Source: Bacillota bacterium
GTDB taxonomy: Bacteria > Bacillota > Sulfobacillia > DUMF01
Assembly (NCBI GenBank): GCA_012840015.1
Contig: DUMF01000012.1
Span: forward strand, 3,807-67,806
Length of the DNA stretch: 64,000 nt
Reading direction: 5' to 3'
The translations under genes and the position numbers were made by a program. The stretch's first letter is position 1; every line of letters starts with the position of its first letter. This document shows positions 20,117 to 29,021 of the stretch, piece after piece. Below the pieces are notes generated by a model that made no database searches, was not told the origin of the DNA, and saw only the letters and a list, made by a program, of their open reading frames with translations.

Positions 20117-20730
20117 TAGAATCCTACAGCTTTGGCCCGAGGAGGGCAAATGGTTGTGATCGGACTGTATCAATGTTTATTTAATAGGTAAACCCTGCAT
20201 CTTATTCGCGTTAATACTATGATAATTTACTGTGGCACCCTCCGGCCCCCTTTAAGTCTTTCTGGGGGGAACCTCCTTCCGCAGAGCTTGAGCCGCAGCG
20301 GACCCATCGCAACAGTGCTCTCCGCCCTGCCAAGTCTCGCGTTACTGGCGAGCATCCGCAGGCTCGCCGCAACGCCAGTGCAAGTGGTTCACAACAGCTT
20401 ACGACCATGCTGAGAGGCCAAGACCCGTCCATCACCACGAATAGCGGCTCCTGCATCTCGGGCCCCTTCTCTTACCAGGTCCGAGGAAATTCGCCGTGGC
20501 TCTCTCCCTGGGGCCCAGAATGTTTTGCGCCCACCGACGTCGAGACCCGTTTGACCATCGTGTCGCCAGGATGTCGTCAGAGTTCGCACACCCGATGCAC
20601 GTAAGGCTCGCCTGCAAGCTGCGAGGCTTTCATGCAGCATATGACCGTGGTAAGCTATTTCCCAACTGTACGTTCCTGATCGGGATTTAGCCTCAGCCTG
20701 AAAAAGCTACAAATTTCCGAGGAAAAAGGG

Positions 20731-20736
20731 TATAAT
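20731..20736 (+). promoter_or_regulatory. TATAAT -10 element driving the T-box leader (weak -35)
   Basis: gggTATAATtcag sits 7-10 nt upstream of the predicted leader 5' end. Confidence 0.45.
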
Positions 20737-20742
20737 TCAGCC

Positions 20743-21010
20743 AAGACATGCCATATCTGCCGATGAAGGGACACCCGGCGCAGGCGGAATCGAGAGAGCT
20801 GGTGGATGGTGTGAACCAGCGTCCACGCGATCGGGAGTCCATCCCGGAAGGCGCAGTGAAAAGGCGGAATAGCCGTCGGTAAGCTGCCGGGCGGCCCGAT
20901 ATAGCCGTGCGAGCACGCCGTAGCGTTGGGTTACGTATGGGCTACCTGGCGTGGAAGCAGGGTGGCAACGCGGGAAACCTCTCGCCCCTGAGGCGGGAGG
21001 TTTTGTATTT
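20743..21010 (+). promoter_or_regulatory. T-box riboswitch leader (tRNA-sensing transcription attenuator)
   Basis: Four parts are visible. Stem I with K-turn GAUGA at 20762. AG-bulge GAGAGAG plus distal stem-loop CUGG-N13-CCAG around 20785-20810. T-box sequence AGGGUGGCAACGCGGG at 20959..20974 (consensus AGGGUGGNACCGCG). Overlapping terminator hairpin followed by UUUUGUAUUU. Confidence 0.7.
20978..21010 (+). terminator. intrinsic terminator of the T-box leader
   Basis: CCUCUCGCC-cctga-GGCGGGAGG 9-bp stem followed by UUUUGUAUUU. Confidence 0.7.
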
Positions 21011-21028
21011 CGAGCGGAGGTGAGGGCG

Positions 21029-21829
21029 TTGAAGCATCAGGCAGAGATCGGGGTTTTCGGCGGGTCTGGCTTCTACAGCTTCCTTGAAGGGACATATGAA
21101 ATTAAGGTGGATACGCCATATGGAGCACCCAGCGACAAAATCGTGCTGGCGGAAATCGCCGGAAAAAAAGTGGCCTTTTTGCCCAGACACGGGAAAGAAC
21201 ATCAGTACCCGCCCCATATGATCAATTATCGTGCAAACCTTTGGGCCATGAAGGAGCTGCAAGTGAAGAGGATCATTGCCCCTTGCGCAGCCGGAAGTCT
21301 TCAGCCTCACGTCAAGCCGGGTGACTTCGTGATATGCGACCAATTCGTGGACAGGACCTCAGGACGCAAAGACACCTTTTACGATGGCCCAGTAACTACT
21401 CACATCAGTACCGCAGACCCCTACTGTCCCGAGCTCAGGAAGTTGGCGGCCGATACTTGTGCGAAACTCGGTCTTCGGGTACACCCACGCGGGACAGTGG
21501 TAGTGGTTCAAGGGCCACGCTTCTCCACGAGGGCGGAGAGCCGCTGGTTTTCCAGCATGGGCTGGGAAGTAATCAATATGACCCAGTACCCTGAGGTAGT
21601 ACTAGCTAGGGAGCTGGGCATGTGTTACGTAAACATCTCCCTGATAACCGATTACGACGTGGGCCTGGAAGGACGTCCAGATATAGCGCCCGTGAGTCAC
21701 GGTGAGGTGATAAAGGTATTCCAGGCTAACCTCGAGAAATTACGCACTCTTCTCGTGGAAATGATACGTGATATACCGGAAAAATGTTCCGCAGGCTGCG
21801 AGCACCACCTTGAAGCTGCCCGTCTATAG
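21029..21829 (+). CDS. mtnP: S-methyl-5'-thioadenosine phosphorylase
   Basis: …IGVFGGSGFY…, purine nucleoside phosphorylase family II. Start taken as TTG with GGAGGTGAGG RBS. The longer track ORF would run through the T-box terminator. Confidence 0.8.
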   Translation: MKHQAEIGVFGGSGFYSFLEGTYEIKVDTPYGAPSDKIVLAEIAGKKVAFLPRHGKEHQYPPHMINYRANLWAMKELQVKRIIAPCAAGSLQPHVKPGDFVICDQFVDRTSGRKDTFYDGPVTTHISTADPYCPELRKLAADTCAKLGLRVHPRGTVVVVQGPRFSTRAESRWFSSMGWEVINMTQYPEVVLARELGMCYVNISLITDYDVGLEGRPDIAPVSHGEVIKVFQANLEKLRTLLVEMIRDIPEKCSAGCEHHLEAARL

Positions 21830-21842
21830 GAGTAAATGGGAA

Positions 21843-22925
21843 ATGGTGAAGGCAGTAAAGTACGAGAGAAATGACACGGACGCCAAAGTGATACTTTTGG
21901 ACCAAAGGGCCCTGCCCTCTCGTGTAATATTCGTAAAGTGTTTGGGAGCCCAGGACACGGCAACGGCGATAAAAGAGATGGTAGTGCGGGGGGCTCCCGC
22001 CATTGGGATAGCGGCCGCCTACGCTCTGGCCGCGGAAGCTTGGCACGAACTGCAGCGAGGTTCCAGCGCCTTAGAACTTTTGTCACACCTGACCAGGGCC
22101 GGTGAGGTTCTCATCCGCGCGAGGCCCACGGCAGTCAATCTCGCTTGGGCCGTCAAAAGGGTACTCCAAAGCGCACTGACTTGCCCCGAAGGCAGCAGTG
22201 CCAAAGATGTCGCATACAGGATGGAAAGAGAAGCCAAGGCTATAGACGAGGAAGACCTAAGGATGAACCGGGCTATGGCTGACTTCGGCGCTAAGCTCCT
22301 TCCCGACCAGGGTGGGGTGCTGACTCACTGCAATGCAGGGGCACTTGCCACGGGAGGCTATGGTACAGCGCTGGGCGTGATCCGCCGTGCGTACGAGATC
22401 GGGAAGCGTTTCAAAGTATATGCTGATGAGACTCGTCCGCTCATGCAAGGCGCGCGGCTGACTGCTTGGGAGCTGATGCAGGATGGCATACCCGTGGTAT
22501 TGATAACCGACAGCTCCGCTGCCTACTTGATGCAGTTGGGGAGGATTCAGTGCGCCATCGTCGGCGCCGATCGGATCGCGGCGAACGGAGATGTCGCCAA
22601 TAAAATCGGCACGTACGCCATAGCAGTGTCTTGTCGCGCCCACGGCATCCCGTTTTATGTGGCTGCACCCAGTTCCACAGTCGACCTGAACACATCTTCC
22701 GGCCGAGAGATCGTGGTTGAAGAGCGGTCTGCCACGGAAATTACTACCTTCGGCGATGTGCGCATCGCCCCAGAAGGCATCGAAGTGTTTAACCCGGCCT
22801 TCGACATTACGCCCGCCCGATATGTTACTGCAATCATCACCGACAAAGGGATCGTCGGACCTCCTTTCGATCATGGTTTAAGGCAGATTTTGGGCATGCA
22901 CGATACAGTAGATGCGGAGGAGTGA
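21843..22925 (+). CDS. mtnA: S-methyl-5-thioribose-1-phosphate isomerase
   Basis: eIF-2B alpha/beta/delta-like family. Start at [11 protein letters not shown]… with GGAG RBS. Confidence 0.85.
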   Translation: MVKAVKYERNDTDAKVILLDQRALPSRVIFVKCLGAQDTATAIKEMVVRGAPAIGIAAAYALAAEAWHELQRGSSALELLSHLTRAGEVLIRARPTAVNLAWAVKRVLQSALTCPEGSSAKDVAYRMEREAKAIDEEDLRMNRAMADFGAKLLPDQGGVLTHCNAGALATGGYGTALGVIRRAYEIGKRFKVYADETRPLMQGARLTAWELMQDGIPVVLITDSSAAYLMQLGRIQCAIVGADRIAANGDVANKIGTYAIAVSCRAHGIPFYVAAPSSTVDLNTSSGREIVVEERSATEITTFGDVRIAPEGIEVFNPAFDITPARYVTAIITDKGIVGPPFDHGLRQILGMHDTVDAEE

Positions 22926-22930
22926 ACCGA

Positions 22931-24208
22931 ATGTTAGACATCAAATTGGTGAGGAACGAACCAGAGAGAATCAGAGCCGCCCTCAAGGCAAAGCACGTGG
23001 AAGCAGACATCGATAAACTGCTCGCTTTGGACAAAGAGCGAAGAGACATCATCGCCGAAGTGGAAAGCTTGAAGGCCCAGCGCAATAAGGCCTCCGAGGA
23101 AATATCGCGGCTTAAAAAAGAAGGAAAAGATACCAATCAGATCGCCGCAGAAGTACGAGCCATCGGGCCGAGAATAAAGGAGCTCGATGCAAGGCTAAAC
23201 GCTCTCGAGGCTACGATAACCAATTTACTCCTTTATCTGCCGAACATACCGCACGAGTCTGTACCGTTTGGCACAAGCGACAAAGATAACCAGGAAATAC
23301 GTCGGTGGGGCACCCCCCGCAAGTTCGATTTTGAGCCGCAATCCCACTGGGATCTGGGAACTCGGCTCGACATCATAGACTTCGAGCGTGCCGCAAAGCT
23401 CTCAGGCTCGAGGTTCGCGTTGCTTAAGGGTATGGGCGCGCGGCTGGAACGGGCGCTTGTTAACTTCATGCTGGACCTCCACACCAAGGAACACGGTTAC
23501 AAGGAGGTTTTTCCTCCTTTTATGGTCACCAGGGATTGCATGACCGGAACGGGCCAGCTCCCCAAGTTCGAGGAAGATATGTTCAGAGTGGCAAACAACG
23601 ACATGTTCCTCATCCCCACGGCCGAAGTACCGGTTACCAACATTCACAGGGACGAGATCCTGGAAGCGTCTCAGCTGCCGATTCATTACGTTGCCTATAG
23701 CGCTTGTTTCCGTGCGGAGGCGGGCGCAGCCGGCCGCGATACCCGGGGCCTAATAAGAAACCACCAGTTTAACAAAGTAGAGCTAGTCAAATTCACCTTC
23801 CCGGAACAATCATACGAGGAGCTGGAGTCCCTCGTCAGGGATGCCGAAGACGTACTACAGCGCCTGGAACTACCATACCGCGTAGTGCTGCTCTGCACGG
23901 GCGACATGAGCTTCTCCTCAGCCAAGACCTATGACATCGAGGTATGGCTGCCGAGCTATAACAGCTACAAAGAAATCTCGTCCTGCTCCAACTTCGAGAG
24001 TTATCAGGCACGACGTGCAAACATCAGGTTCAGGCGAAATCCCGGTGACCGTCCTGAATTCGTTCACACACTAAACGGTTCTGGCATCGCAGTGGGCAGG
24101 ACAATGGCTGCCATACTCGAGAATTATCAGCAGCCGGATGGAAGTGTCATGATCCCAACCGCACTGCGGCCATATATGGACGGGTTACAAAGTATAACTC
24201 CAGCATAA
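22931..24208 (+). CDS. serS: serine--tRNA ligase
   Basis: [19 protein letters not shown]… N-terminal coiled coil plus class II aaRS core. GGAGGAG RBS. Confidence 0.95.
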   Translation: MLDIKLVRNEPERIRAALKAKHVEADIDKLLALDKERRDIIAEVESLKAQRNKASEEISRLKKEGKDTNQIAAEVRAIGPRIKELDARLNALEATITNLLLYLPNIPHESVPFGTSDKDNQEIRRWGTPRKFDFEPQSHWDLGTRLDIIDFERAAKLSGSRFALLKGMGARLERALVNFMLDLHTKEHGYKEVFPPFMVTRDCMTGTGQLPKFEEDMFRVANNDMFLIPTAEVPVTNIHRDEILEASQLPIHYVAYSACFRAEAGAAGRDTRGLIRNHQFNKVELVKFTFPEQSYEELESLVRDAEDVLQRLELPYRVVLLCTGDMSFSSAKTYDIEVWLPSYNSYKEISSCSNFESYQARRANIRFRRNPGDRPEFVHTLNGSGIAVGRTMAAILENYQQPDGSVMIPTALRPYMDGLQSITPA

Positions 24209-24492
24209 CTGCAGCTTAGCTTGACTTTTTGTAAACCATAACGTAATATTGAGCTATCAGCCGGACGCTGGATTGTTCGTTCGCGTGTATGGTAACCCCA
24301 TTACGTGAAAAGTAGTTCATAAATGCTGGTTGTCGCACTAAAAGCACAAACATTCGTCGTAACAAGGATCCGAACAAGTTTTGACACGAAACAGATGCCC
24401 TCAAAAACTCCCAGCCATGATGGTGGGATCCCTTCCCAGCGTCTGGCTTTTTTTATTCTGTTTTGTTATACTTTTGGCTGCGATACGTAAGC

Positions 24493-24577
24493 GGAGGGGT
24501 AGCGTAACGGTAACGCAGTGGTCTTGAAAACCACCGCCCTCACGGGCTTGCAGGTTCGAATCCTGTCCCCTCCGCCA
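24493..24577 (+). tRNA. tRNA-Ser (anticodon UGA)
   Basis: Hand-folded cloverleaf. Acceptor GGAGGGG/CCCCUCC, 3-bp D-stem, anticodon loop CUUGAAA, long variable arm, GTTCGAAT T-loop, encoded CCA. Confidence 0.85.
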
Positions 24578-25131
24578 GTTGTAATCACACTAACGCAGTA
24601 AGCGTAAGGCTTCATCGACTTGGTGGGGTAAACCTCATTCATCAACAATTCACTGATAGCCTCGACTCGCGTCACCGACAGAAACAACTCCAAAGAGGGT
24701 GTGGTTTTGGCCAATTTCCCCAACGTTTGATGTCTTTTTCCGGGAAGCCGAAATCCGCTAATTCAGCCCCGCAGCTCATATTGAACAGCATTTTCCACCT
24801 TTCTCGCAGCAGTTCCGATTAACAGAGGACTTCTTTCAAAACCTCGGCCAACACGTTTGTGCCGGATAGCCGGATAGATCTTCTCTACCGCAGCCCATGA
24901 GCAAGCTCAGGCTTCATCGCGCTCAAAAAGTGCTCTAACGCGTGCATGAGGTGCAAAAGCCTGTTCTGTTATCGAAGGAAATGCCGGCAATGGCAGACGC
25001 AGAGAGTAGATAATACCGCAGAATAAAGTTCCCTGGATGCACCAGCGCTTCGGACAAATAGTGGGCCACGATGGGCTTGGGCCCGCCGTGAAGAGAGGGT
25101 CATCCATAGAGAACGCTGGATAGATGCAGTC

Positions 25132-25614
25132 TTAGGCTGCAGCCGGTTCATATTTCTTTTCAGGTATGGATAGCCACAGCAAAGCGGTCCTCCTCGTACA
25201 GATCCCGGGCAGTCTTGTCAAACCTACGGCTGCCAAAACAGTCTCAAACACCATGTCTACGATGGGCTGGGGCCTATTTGTTAGGGTGAACAGAAGCCGC
25301 TCGCTTGGAGTGCTGGCTTGACCGTATTCCAAGTGCCGCCGGTAATGTCCGATTTCCTCACGGTTACAACGAGGATGTGATGCTAGAACTTCGCTTTTAG
25401 CAAGAGCAGGCAATATGTCCTCGATCTTCTTTATTCGATCCCAAGGTACGTAGTGTAGTATTCTTGCAATGAAGTTCAAACACTCTGTTTGGGGGCCAAT
25501 CCGCGTTGCGCCTATCGTCATCACCACGTAACAGTTTTCGCGATTTCCTGTCAATTTACTTGACTCTACCCGGGCTGACGATTTTAATGTAATTATGGCG
25601 TTCGCCGTGTTCAA
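25132..25614 (-). CDS. hypothetical protein (weak resemblance to DinB/YfiT-like HxxxHxGQ region)
   Basis: 160-aa ORF with no confident family match. It is the only intact ORF in the ~1.1 kb stretch between two tRNA-Ser genes. Confidence 0.35.
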   Translation of the reverse strand: MNTANAIITLKSSARVESSKLTGNRENCYVVMTIGATRIGPQTECLNFIARILHYVPWDRIKKIEDILPALAKSEVLASHPRCNREEIGHYRRHLEYGQASTPSERLLFTLTNRPQPIVDMVFETVLAAVGLTRLPGICTRRTALLWLSIPEKKYEPAAA

Positions 25615-25692
25615 AGCAATGTCGCACTTCGCGTATATACGTATATACTTGCCTTACGTCGCTGTACGTGGTAACATGCTTTTTGACCGGGT

Positions 25693-25787
25693 GGAGAGGT
25701 ACCCAAGTTGGCTGAAGGGGCGGGTTTGCTAAACCTGTAGTAGGGCGTTTAGCTCTAGCGAGGGTTCGAATCCCTCCCTCTCCGCCA
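25693..25787 (+). tRNA. tRNA-Ser (anticodon GCU)
   Basis: Acceptor GGAGAGG/CCUCUCC, anticodon loop UUGCUAA, long variable arm, TTCGAAT T-loop, encoded CCA. Confidence 0.85.
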
Positions 25788-25799
25788 TCAGAATTTCAA

Positions 25800-25876
25800 G
25801 CGCCCGTAGCTCAGTTGGACAGAGTAACGGACTACGAATCCGGGGGTCGCAGGTTCGAATCCTGCCGGGCGCACCA
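25800..25876 (+). tRNA. tRNA-Arg (anticodon ACG)
   Basis: Acceptor GCGCCCG/CGGGCGC, anticodon loop CUACGAA, TTCGAAT T-loop, encoded CCA. Confidence 0.85.
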
Positions 25877-25943
25877 TTGATGGTCGACACTTTATGTATA
25901 ACTGATGTCGCACATTGAAACTCTTTAATCGCGATGATTGCGT

Positions 25944-26022
25944 GCGCCCGTAGCTCAGGTGGACAGAGCGGGGGATTCCTAATCCCCGTCAGCCGGAGGT
26001 TCGAGTCCTCCCGGGCGCACCA
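25944..26022 (+). tRNA. tRNA-Arg (anticodon CCU)
   Basis: Acceptor GCGCCCG/CGGGCGC, anticodon loop UUCCUAA, TTCGAGT T-loop, encoded CCA. Confidence 0.8.
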
Positions 26023-26077
26023 GGTGTCTTTAAACCATGGCTTGGTGGGCTGGTGTGGCGGCTTGCACGAGGGGTTC

Positions 26078-26527
26078 ATGAGGCTGGCGCTCGAAGAAGC
26101 CAGGCGGGCGTATGAAATACGAGAGGTCCCAATTGGCGCTGTGGTAGTTATGGACGGGAATGTGATTTCCAGAGCGCACAACCTCAGGGAAACTGAAAAC
26201 GACCCTACTGCTCATGCAGAATTGCTGGCCATCAGGCAAGCCAGTCAGGTTTTAAAGAGATGGCGTTTAAATGGCTGCATTCTTTATTGCACCATAGAGC
26301 CATGCGCCATGTGTGCTGGAGCGCTGGTCCTGTCCAGAATAGATACTTTGGTATTCGGAGCCAATGACGCAAAGGCTGGAGCATGTGGTTCCGTAATGAA
26401 TATCGTACAGCACCCTGCGCTCAATCATCGCGTAGAAGTAATCGCCGGGATACTGGCAGACGAATGTTCGGCATTGATGAGGAAGTTTTTCAGTGAAATG
26501 AGGACGGAGGGGTGCCGGAGCGGTTGA
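26078..26527 (+). CDS. tadA: tRNA-specific adenosine(34) deaminase
   Basis: Cytidine/deoxycytidylate deaminase zinc motifs HAELLAI…CTIEPCAMCAGA. Start at MRLALEEARRA with GAGGGG RBS. The 3' end overlaps the following tRNA by ~22 nt. Confidence 0.85.
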   Translation: MRLALEEARRAYEIREVPIGAVVVMDGNVISRAHNLRETENDPTAHAELLAIRQASQVLKRWRLNGCILYCTIEPCAMCAGALVLSRIDTLVFGANDAKAGACGSVMNIVQHPALNHRVEVIAGILADECSALMRKFFSEMRTEGCRSG

Positions 26528-26597
26528 ACGGGCCCGCCTCGAAAGCGGGTAGGCGGTTAACGCTGCCTCGTGGGTTCGAATCCCACCTCCTCCGCCA
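26506..26597 (+). tRNA. tRNA-Ser (anticodon CGA)
   Basis: Acceptor GGAGGGG/CUCCUCC (one G-U pair), anticodon loop CUCGAAA, long variable arm, TTCGAAT T-loop, encoded CCA. Confidence 0.8.
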
Positions 26598-26648
26598 GAG
26601 TCTCTAGATTTGGTACTATATTATAGCGAGTGCGCCAATAGCAAACGC

Positions 26649-26742
26649 GGAGAGATGCCGGAGCGGCTGAACGGGCACGCCTGGAGAGCGTGTAGACGGG
26701 CTACAACCTGTCTCGTGGGTTCAAATCCCACTCTCTCCGCCA
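26649..26742 (+). tRNA. tRNA-Ser (anticodon GGA)
   Basis: Acceptor GGAGAGA/UCUCUCC, anticodon loop CUGGAGA, long variable arm, TTCAAAT T-loop, encoded CCA. Confidence 0.8.
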
Positions 26743-26760
26743 TTTTTATCCTAGAGCCAA

Positions 26761-27040
26761 CAAGTGTGCCGTGCTAGACGGGGAGGTAGCGGTGCCCTGT
26801 AGCCCGCAATCCGCTATAGCGGGGTCAAATTCCCGTTCAGAGGCAATCACCTTGTGGGGCTTGCCCGGCTGATGCAAGCGATGAAGGCTGGGCCCTGTGC
26901 AACGATATCCCATGAACCCCGCCAGGCCCGGGAGGGAGCAACGGTAAATGGTCAATATCGTGTGCCGCAGGTCTACCTGGCCCAAGTAAGCTAACCGGTC
27001 ACACCTGGAAGGTGATGTCGATGGCGGGTGCACGGCCTTG
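26761..27040 (+). ncRNA. ffs: signal recognition particle RNA, long Bacillus-type (scRNA/ffs, with Alu domain)
   Basis: The 5' part GCCGUGCUAGACGGGGAGGUAGCGGUGCCCUGUAGCCCGCAAUCCGCU closely resembles the 5' Alu domain of Bacillus-type long scRNA, as I recall it. The domain IV region is GCCAGGCCCGGGAGGGAGCAACGG. The 3' end GGUGCACGGCC pairs with the 5' end and is followed by a U-tract. Confidence 0.8.
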
Positions 27041-27066
27041 TTTTTCCCCTTGAGCTGAACTCGTTC

Positions 27067-28992
27067 TCACGAATGAACAGGCCTGCGGGCTCTCAAATGC
27101 CTTTGTACTAAAAAGACTGCGGCTACCACCACTAGACCCATGACGTCCGTCGTGAAACCTGGGTCAATAAGCATAATACCACCCACGAAAAGAAATACTC
27201 GTTCTATGATCGACATGTCAGTAAGCAGGTAACCCTGTACGGCCGCTCCCACGGCTACCATTCCTATCAGTGAAGTCACTGCCATTCTAAGGATCAAGCC
27301 AGGTGTAGCCCCTACCAGTACCAAGACTGGATTGAATACGAATATATAAGGAACCAGCCACGCCGCGATGGCGAGCTTCGTAGCATTAACCCCGGTTTTG
27401 AAGGGATTCGCTTTGGCAATCGCCGATCCGGCAAAAGCGGCTAGAGCGACCGGGGGTGTTATATCCGCTATGATGCCGAAGTAGAAGGCAAACAGGTGAG
27501 CGGCGATCTTAGGAACGCCCAGCTTGACTATGGCCGGAGCAGCAATAGTCGAAGTTATGACGTAGTTCGCCGTGGTTGGAGCCCCCATCCCGAGGATGAG
27601 GGAGGTCAACATAGTGAAGAACAGCGTGAAGAGCAGCCGGCCTCCTGCCAACGCGATCAACGCATCTCCCATCTTCAGGCCTAAGCCGGTGAGAGTAACG
27701 GTACCTACGATTATACCCGCACACGCACACGCAGCTGCCACGCTTAGTGCGCCTCGCGCACCCTGCTCCATGGCATTAACCAAATCTCGGAGTGTTAACC
27801 TTCCCTCCCTCTTCAAAAAACCGGTTAACACAGTCAAAGCCAAGCCGCCCAACGCCGCTCGCATCGGAGTGTAGCCACTGACCAAGAAGTAGATTATTCC
27901 AATCAGGGGAAGTACCAAATAGCCGCGTTCCCTGAGCAACCTGCCGAGTAACGGGAGCTGTTCTTTGGGCAGACCTCTCAGCCCCAGCTTCCTTGCCTCC
28001 AGATCAACCATTATCCATATCCCCGCAAAGTACAGTACAGCGGGCAACACAGCAGCCTTGGCCACTTCGACGTATTTAATCCCGATGAACTCCGCCATCA
28101 AGAAGGCAGCTGCACCCATAATGGGCGGCATAAGCTGGCCTCCGGTGGACGAAGCAGCTTCAACCGCCCCCGCAAACTCCGGCTTATAGCCCAGGCTTTT
28201 CATTAAAGGAATGGAGAAAGTGCCCGTGCCTACCACGTTGGCCACGGAGCTACCGGAGACTGTACCGAAGAGGGCACTCGAAAAAACGGCCACTTTAGCT
28301 GGACCTCCTGGCGAACCCCCGGCTACGGCATTCGCGAGGTCGATAAAGAATTTACCGATGCCGGTTTTCTCCAAAAATGCTCCGAAGAGGATGAAAAGGA
28401 AAATGAAAGTGGCTGATACCCCGAGAGGGATGCCCAGGATGCCTTCAGTGGTGAAGTACATGTGCGTGAATATCCTTTCCAACGAATAACCTCTGTGAGA
28501 AATCACGCCGGGAAGCAACGGGCCGACCCAGCTGTAAAGCAGGAAGGCAGTAGCCACGATCACCATAGCCGGGCCTACGATGCGGCGCGTTGCCTCCAGG
28601 ACGAGCAATACACCTACCACCGCTATAAATACGTCAGTGGGTGTATATGCCCCTGTGCGAGCTACCAGCTCCTCGTAATTCACCAAGCAATAGACGCCTG
28701 TAGCCACCGCAATCGATGCAAGGGACAAGTCGGCCCAGTGCATTCTTTGCCGATCCCACTGCCTACGAAACGGGTAGAGGAGGAATATGAGCGCAAGCGC
28801 AAACATAAGGTGCGTTGGCCTTTGAAGCTTGTCATCCAGCGTACCGAATATCGCGGTATACAGCTGGAAGCACGAAAAGGCAATTGCGATCAGCCTTATG
28901 AGTTGCGCCCACAAGCCCGTAAGGTGCCTATGTCTCGATTCCGGGTCATATTTCTCGAGTATCTCCCTCAGGTTTTCTTGTGGTTCGCCCAT
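27067..28992 (-). CDS. TRAP transporter fused permease (TAXI-type, DctQ-DctM fusion)
   Basis: 641-aa polytopic membrane protein with DctM-like C-terminal region. Adjacent to the TAXI binding protein. Confidence 0.8.
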   Translation of the reverse strand: MGEPQENLREILEKYDPESRHRHLTGLWAQLIRLIAIAFSCFQLYTAIFGTLDDKLQRPTHLMFALALIFLLYPFRRQWDRQRMHWADLSLASIAVATGVYCLVNYEELVARTGAYTPTDVFIAVVGVLLVLEATRRIVGPAMVIVATAFLLYSWVGPLLPGVISHRGYSLERIFTHMYFTTEGILGIPLGVSATFIFLFILFGAFLEKTGIGKFFIDLANAVAGGSPGGPAKVAVFSSALFGTVSGSSVANVVGTGTFSIPLMKSLGYKPEFAGAVEAASSTGGQLMPPIMGAAAFLMAEFIGIKYVEVAKAAVLPAVLYFAGIWIMVDLEARKLGLRGLPKEQLPLLGRLLRERGYLVLPLIGIIYFLVSGYTPMRAALGGLALTVLTGFLKREGRLTLRDLVNAMEQGARGALSVAAACACAGIIVGTVTLTGLGLKMGDALIALAGGRLLFTLFFTMLTSLILGMGAPTTANYVITSTIAAPAIVKLGVPKIAAHLFAFYFGIIADITPPVALAAFAGSAIAKANPFKTGVNATKLAIAAWLVPYIFVFNPVLVLVGATPGLILRMAVTSLIGMVAVGAAVQGYLLTDMSIIERVFLFVGGIMLIDPGFTTDVMGLVVVAAVFLVQRHLRARRPVHS

Positions 28993-29021
28993 GATATCCC
29001 TCCTCTACCTTAACGGGTGGC

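Noticed and set aside
20217-20700. Considered as the SRP RNA (scr), because in Bacillus it sits immediately upstream of dnaX
   Set aside because: The sequence does not match SRP RNA conserved motifs. A clear Bacillus-type long SRP RNA is present instead at 26761..27040 on the plus strand.
20951-21028. 5' extension of the mtnP track ORF
   Set aside because: It would be translated through the T-box terminator hairpin. The conserved MTAP N-terminus begins at the TTG at 21029 with a good RBS.
24466-24723. 85-aa minus-strand ORF
   Set aside because: Spans tRNA-Ser(UGA) on the opposite strand. It is an artefact of the tRNA sequence.
25729-26181. 150-aa minus-strand ORF and the 5' extension of the tadA track ORF (25934..26077)
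   Set aside because: Both run through the tRNA-Ser/tRNA-Arg genes. The real tadA start is the ATG at 26078 with its own RBS.
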